From Octopus bimaculoides (lineage: Eukaryota), in assembly GCF_001194135.2 (NCBI RefSeq), contig NC_068999.1, positions 23,609,889 to 23,641,985 on the forward strand: a stretch of DNA of 32,097 nt, written 5' to 3'. The notes under the pieces are model-generated. The model was not told the DNA's origin. It made no database searches and was given only the letters and a program-made list of their open reading frames with translations. The position numbers and the translations under genes were made by a program. This document shows positions 31,859 to 32,097 of this stretch, piece after piece (position 1 is the stretch's first letter; each line of letters opens with the position of its first letter).

Positions 31859-32044
31859 CTTTGTGTCTGCTTATCCCCCACCACCACTTGACAACTGGTG
31901 TTAGTGTGTTTACCTTCCCATAAGTTAAGAGTTTGGTAAATGAGACTGGTGGAATAAGTAGCAGGCGTTAAAGAAATAAGTATTGGGGGCAATTTTTTCA
32001 ATTAAAATTCTTCAAGCTGGTGCCCTAGCATGGCCACAGTCTAA
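31655..32044 (+). mobile_element. SINE family A, full length, internal (GT)/(GTCT) array
   Basis: Collinear with the other family A copies. Confidence 0.85.
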
Positions 32045-32047
32045 TTA

Positions 32048-32097
32048 ATCATCATCATCATCATCATCGTTTAACGTCGGCCTTCCATGCTAGCATG
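32048..32097 (-). mobile_element. RTE-tail-related repeat cut by the window end
   Basis: (CAT)n CGTTTAACGTCGGCCTTCCATGCTAGCATG. Confidence 0.7.

Noticed and set aside
28990-32097. Next Shank exon (expected VPF...PSY..RR-like)
   Set aside because: Not found; intron 9 extends past the window.

Overview
AT-rich eukaryotic genomic DNA with three N gaps. The repeat families and (TA)n-flanked gaps look like an Octopus/coleoid cephalopod assembly; this is an inference and no database was searched. The window holds the 5' part of a Shank/ProSAP gene on the + strand. I reconstructed nine GT-AG coding exons by hand (1660-1827, 15448-15519, 16592-16717, 16847-16918, 19294-19402, 21251-21408, 24868-25032, 26869-26985, 28845-28989). 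They splice into one open frame of 1132 nt (377 codons + 1 nt) encoding an N-terminal extension, the SPN/Ubl domain and the ankyrin repeats. The SH3, PDZ and SAM exons lie beyond the window. The introns are packed with mobile DNA: an internally deleted Ty3/Gypsy element with both 205-bp LTRs and a 5-bp TSD, three or four tRNA-headed SINE families, RTE and CRE-like LINE fragments, and hAT, mariner and piggyBac-type MITEs, one nested in itself. There is no prokaryote-type system or CRISPR. The most unusual signal is a series of intramolecular fold-back structures in the pre-mRNA, several close to exons, plus a 20-nt perfect palindrome inside coding exon 2. In a lineage known for extensive A-to-I editing these are testable ADAR, splicing or circRNA substrates, but function is unproven. 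Repeat boundaries without a TSD are approximate (about 10 nt).
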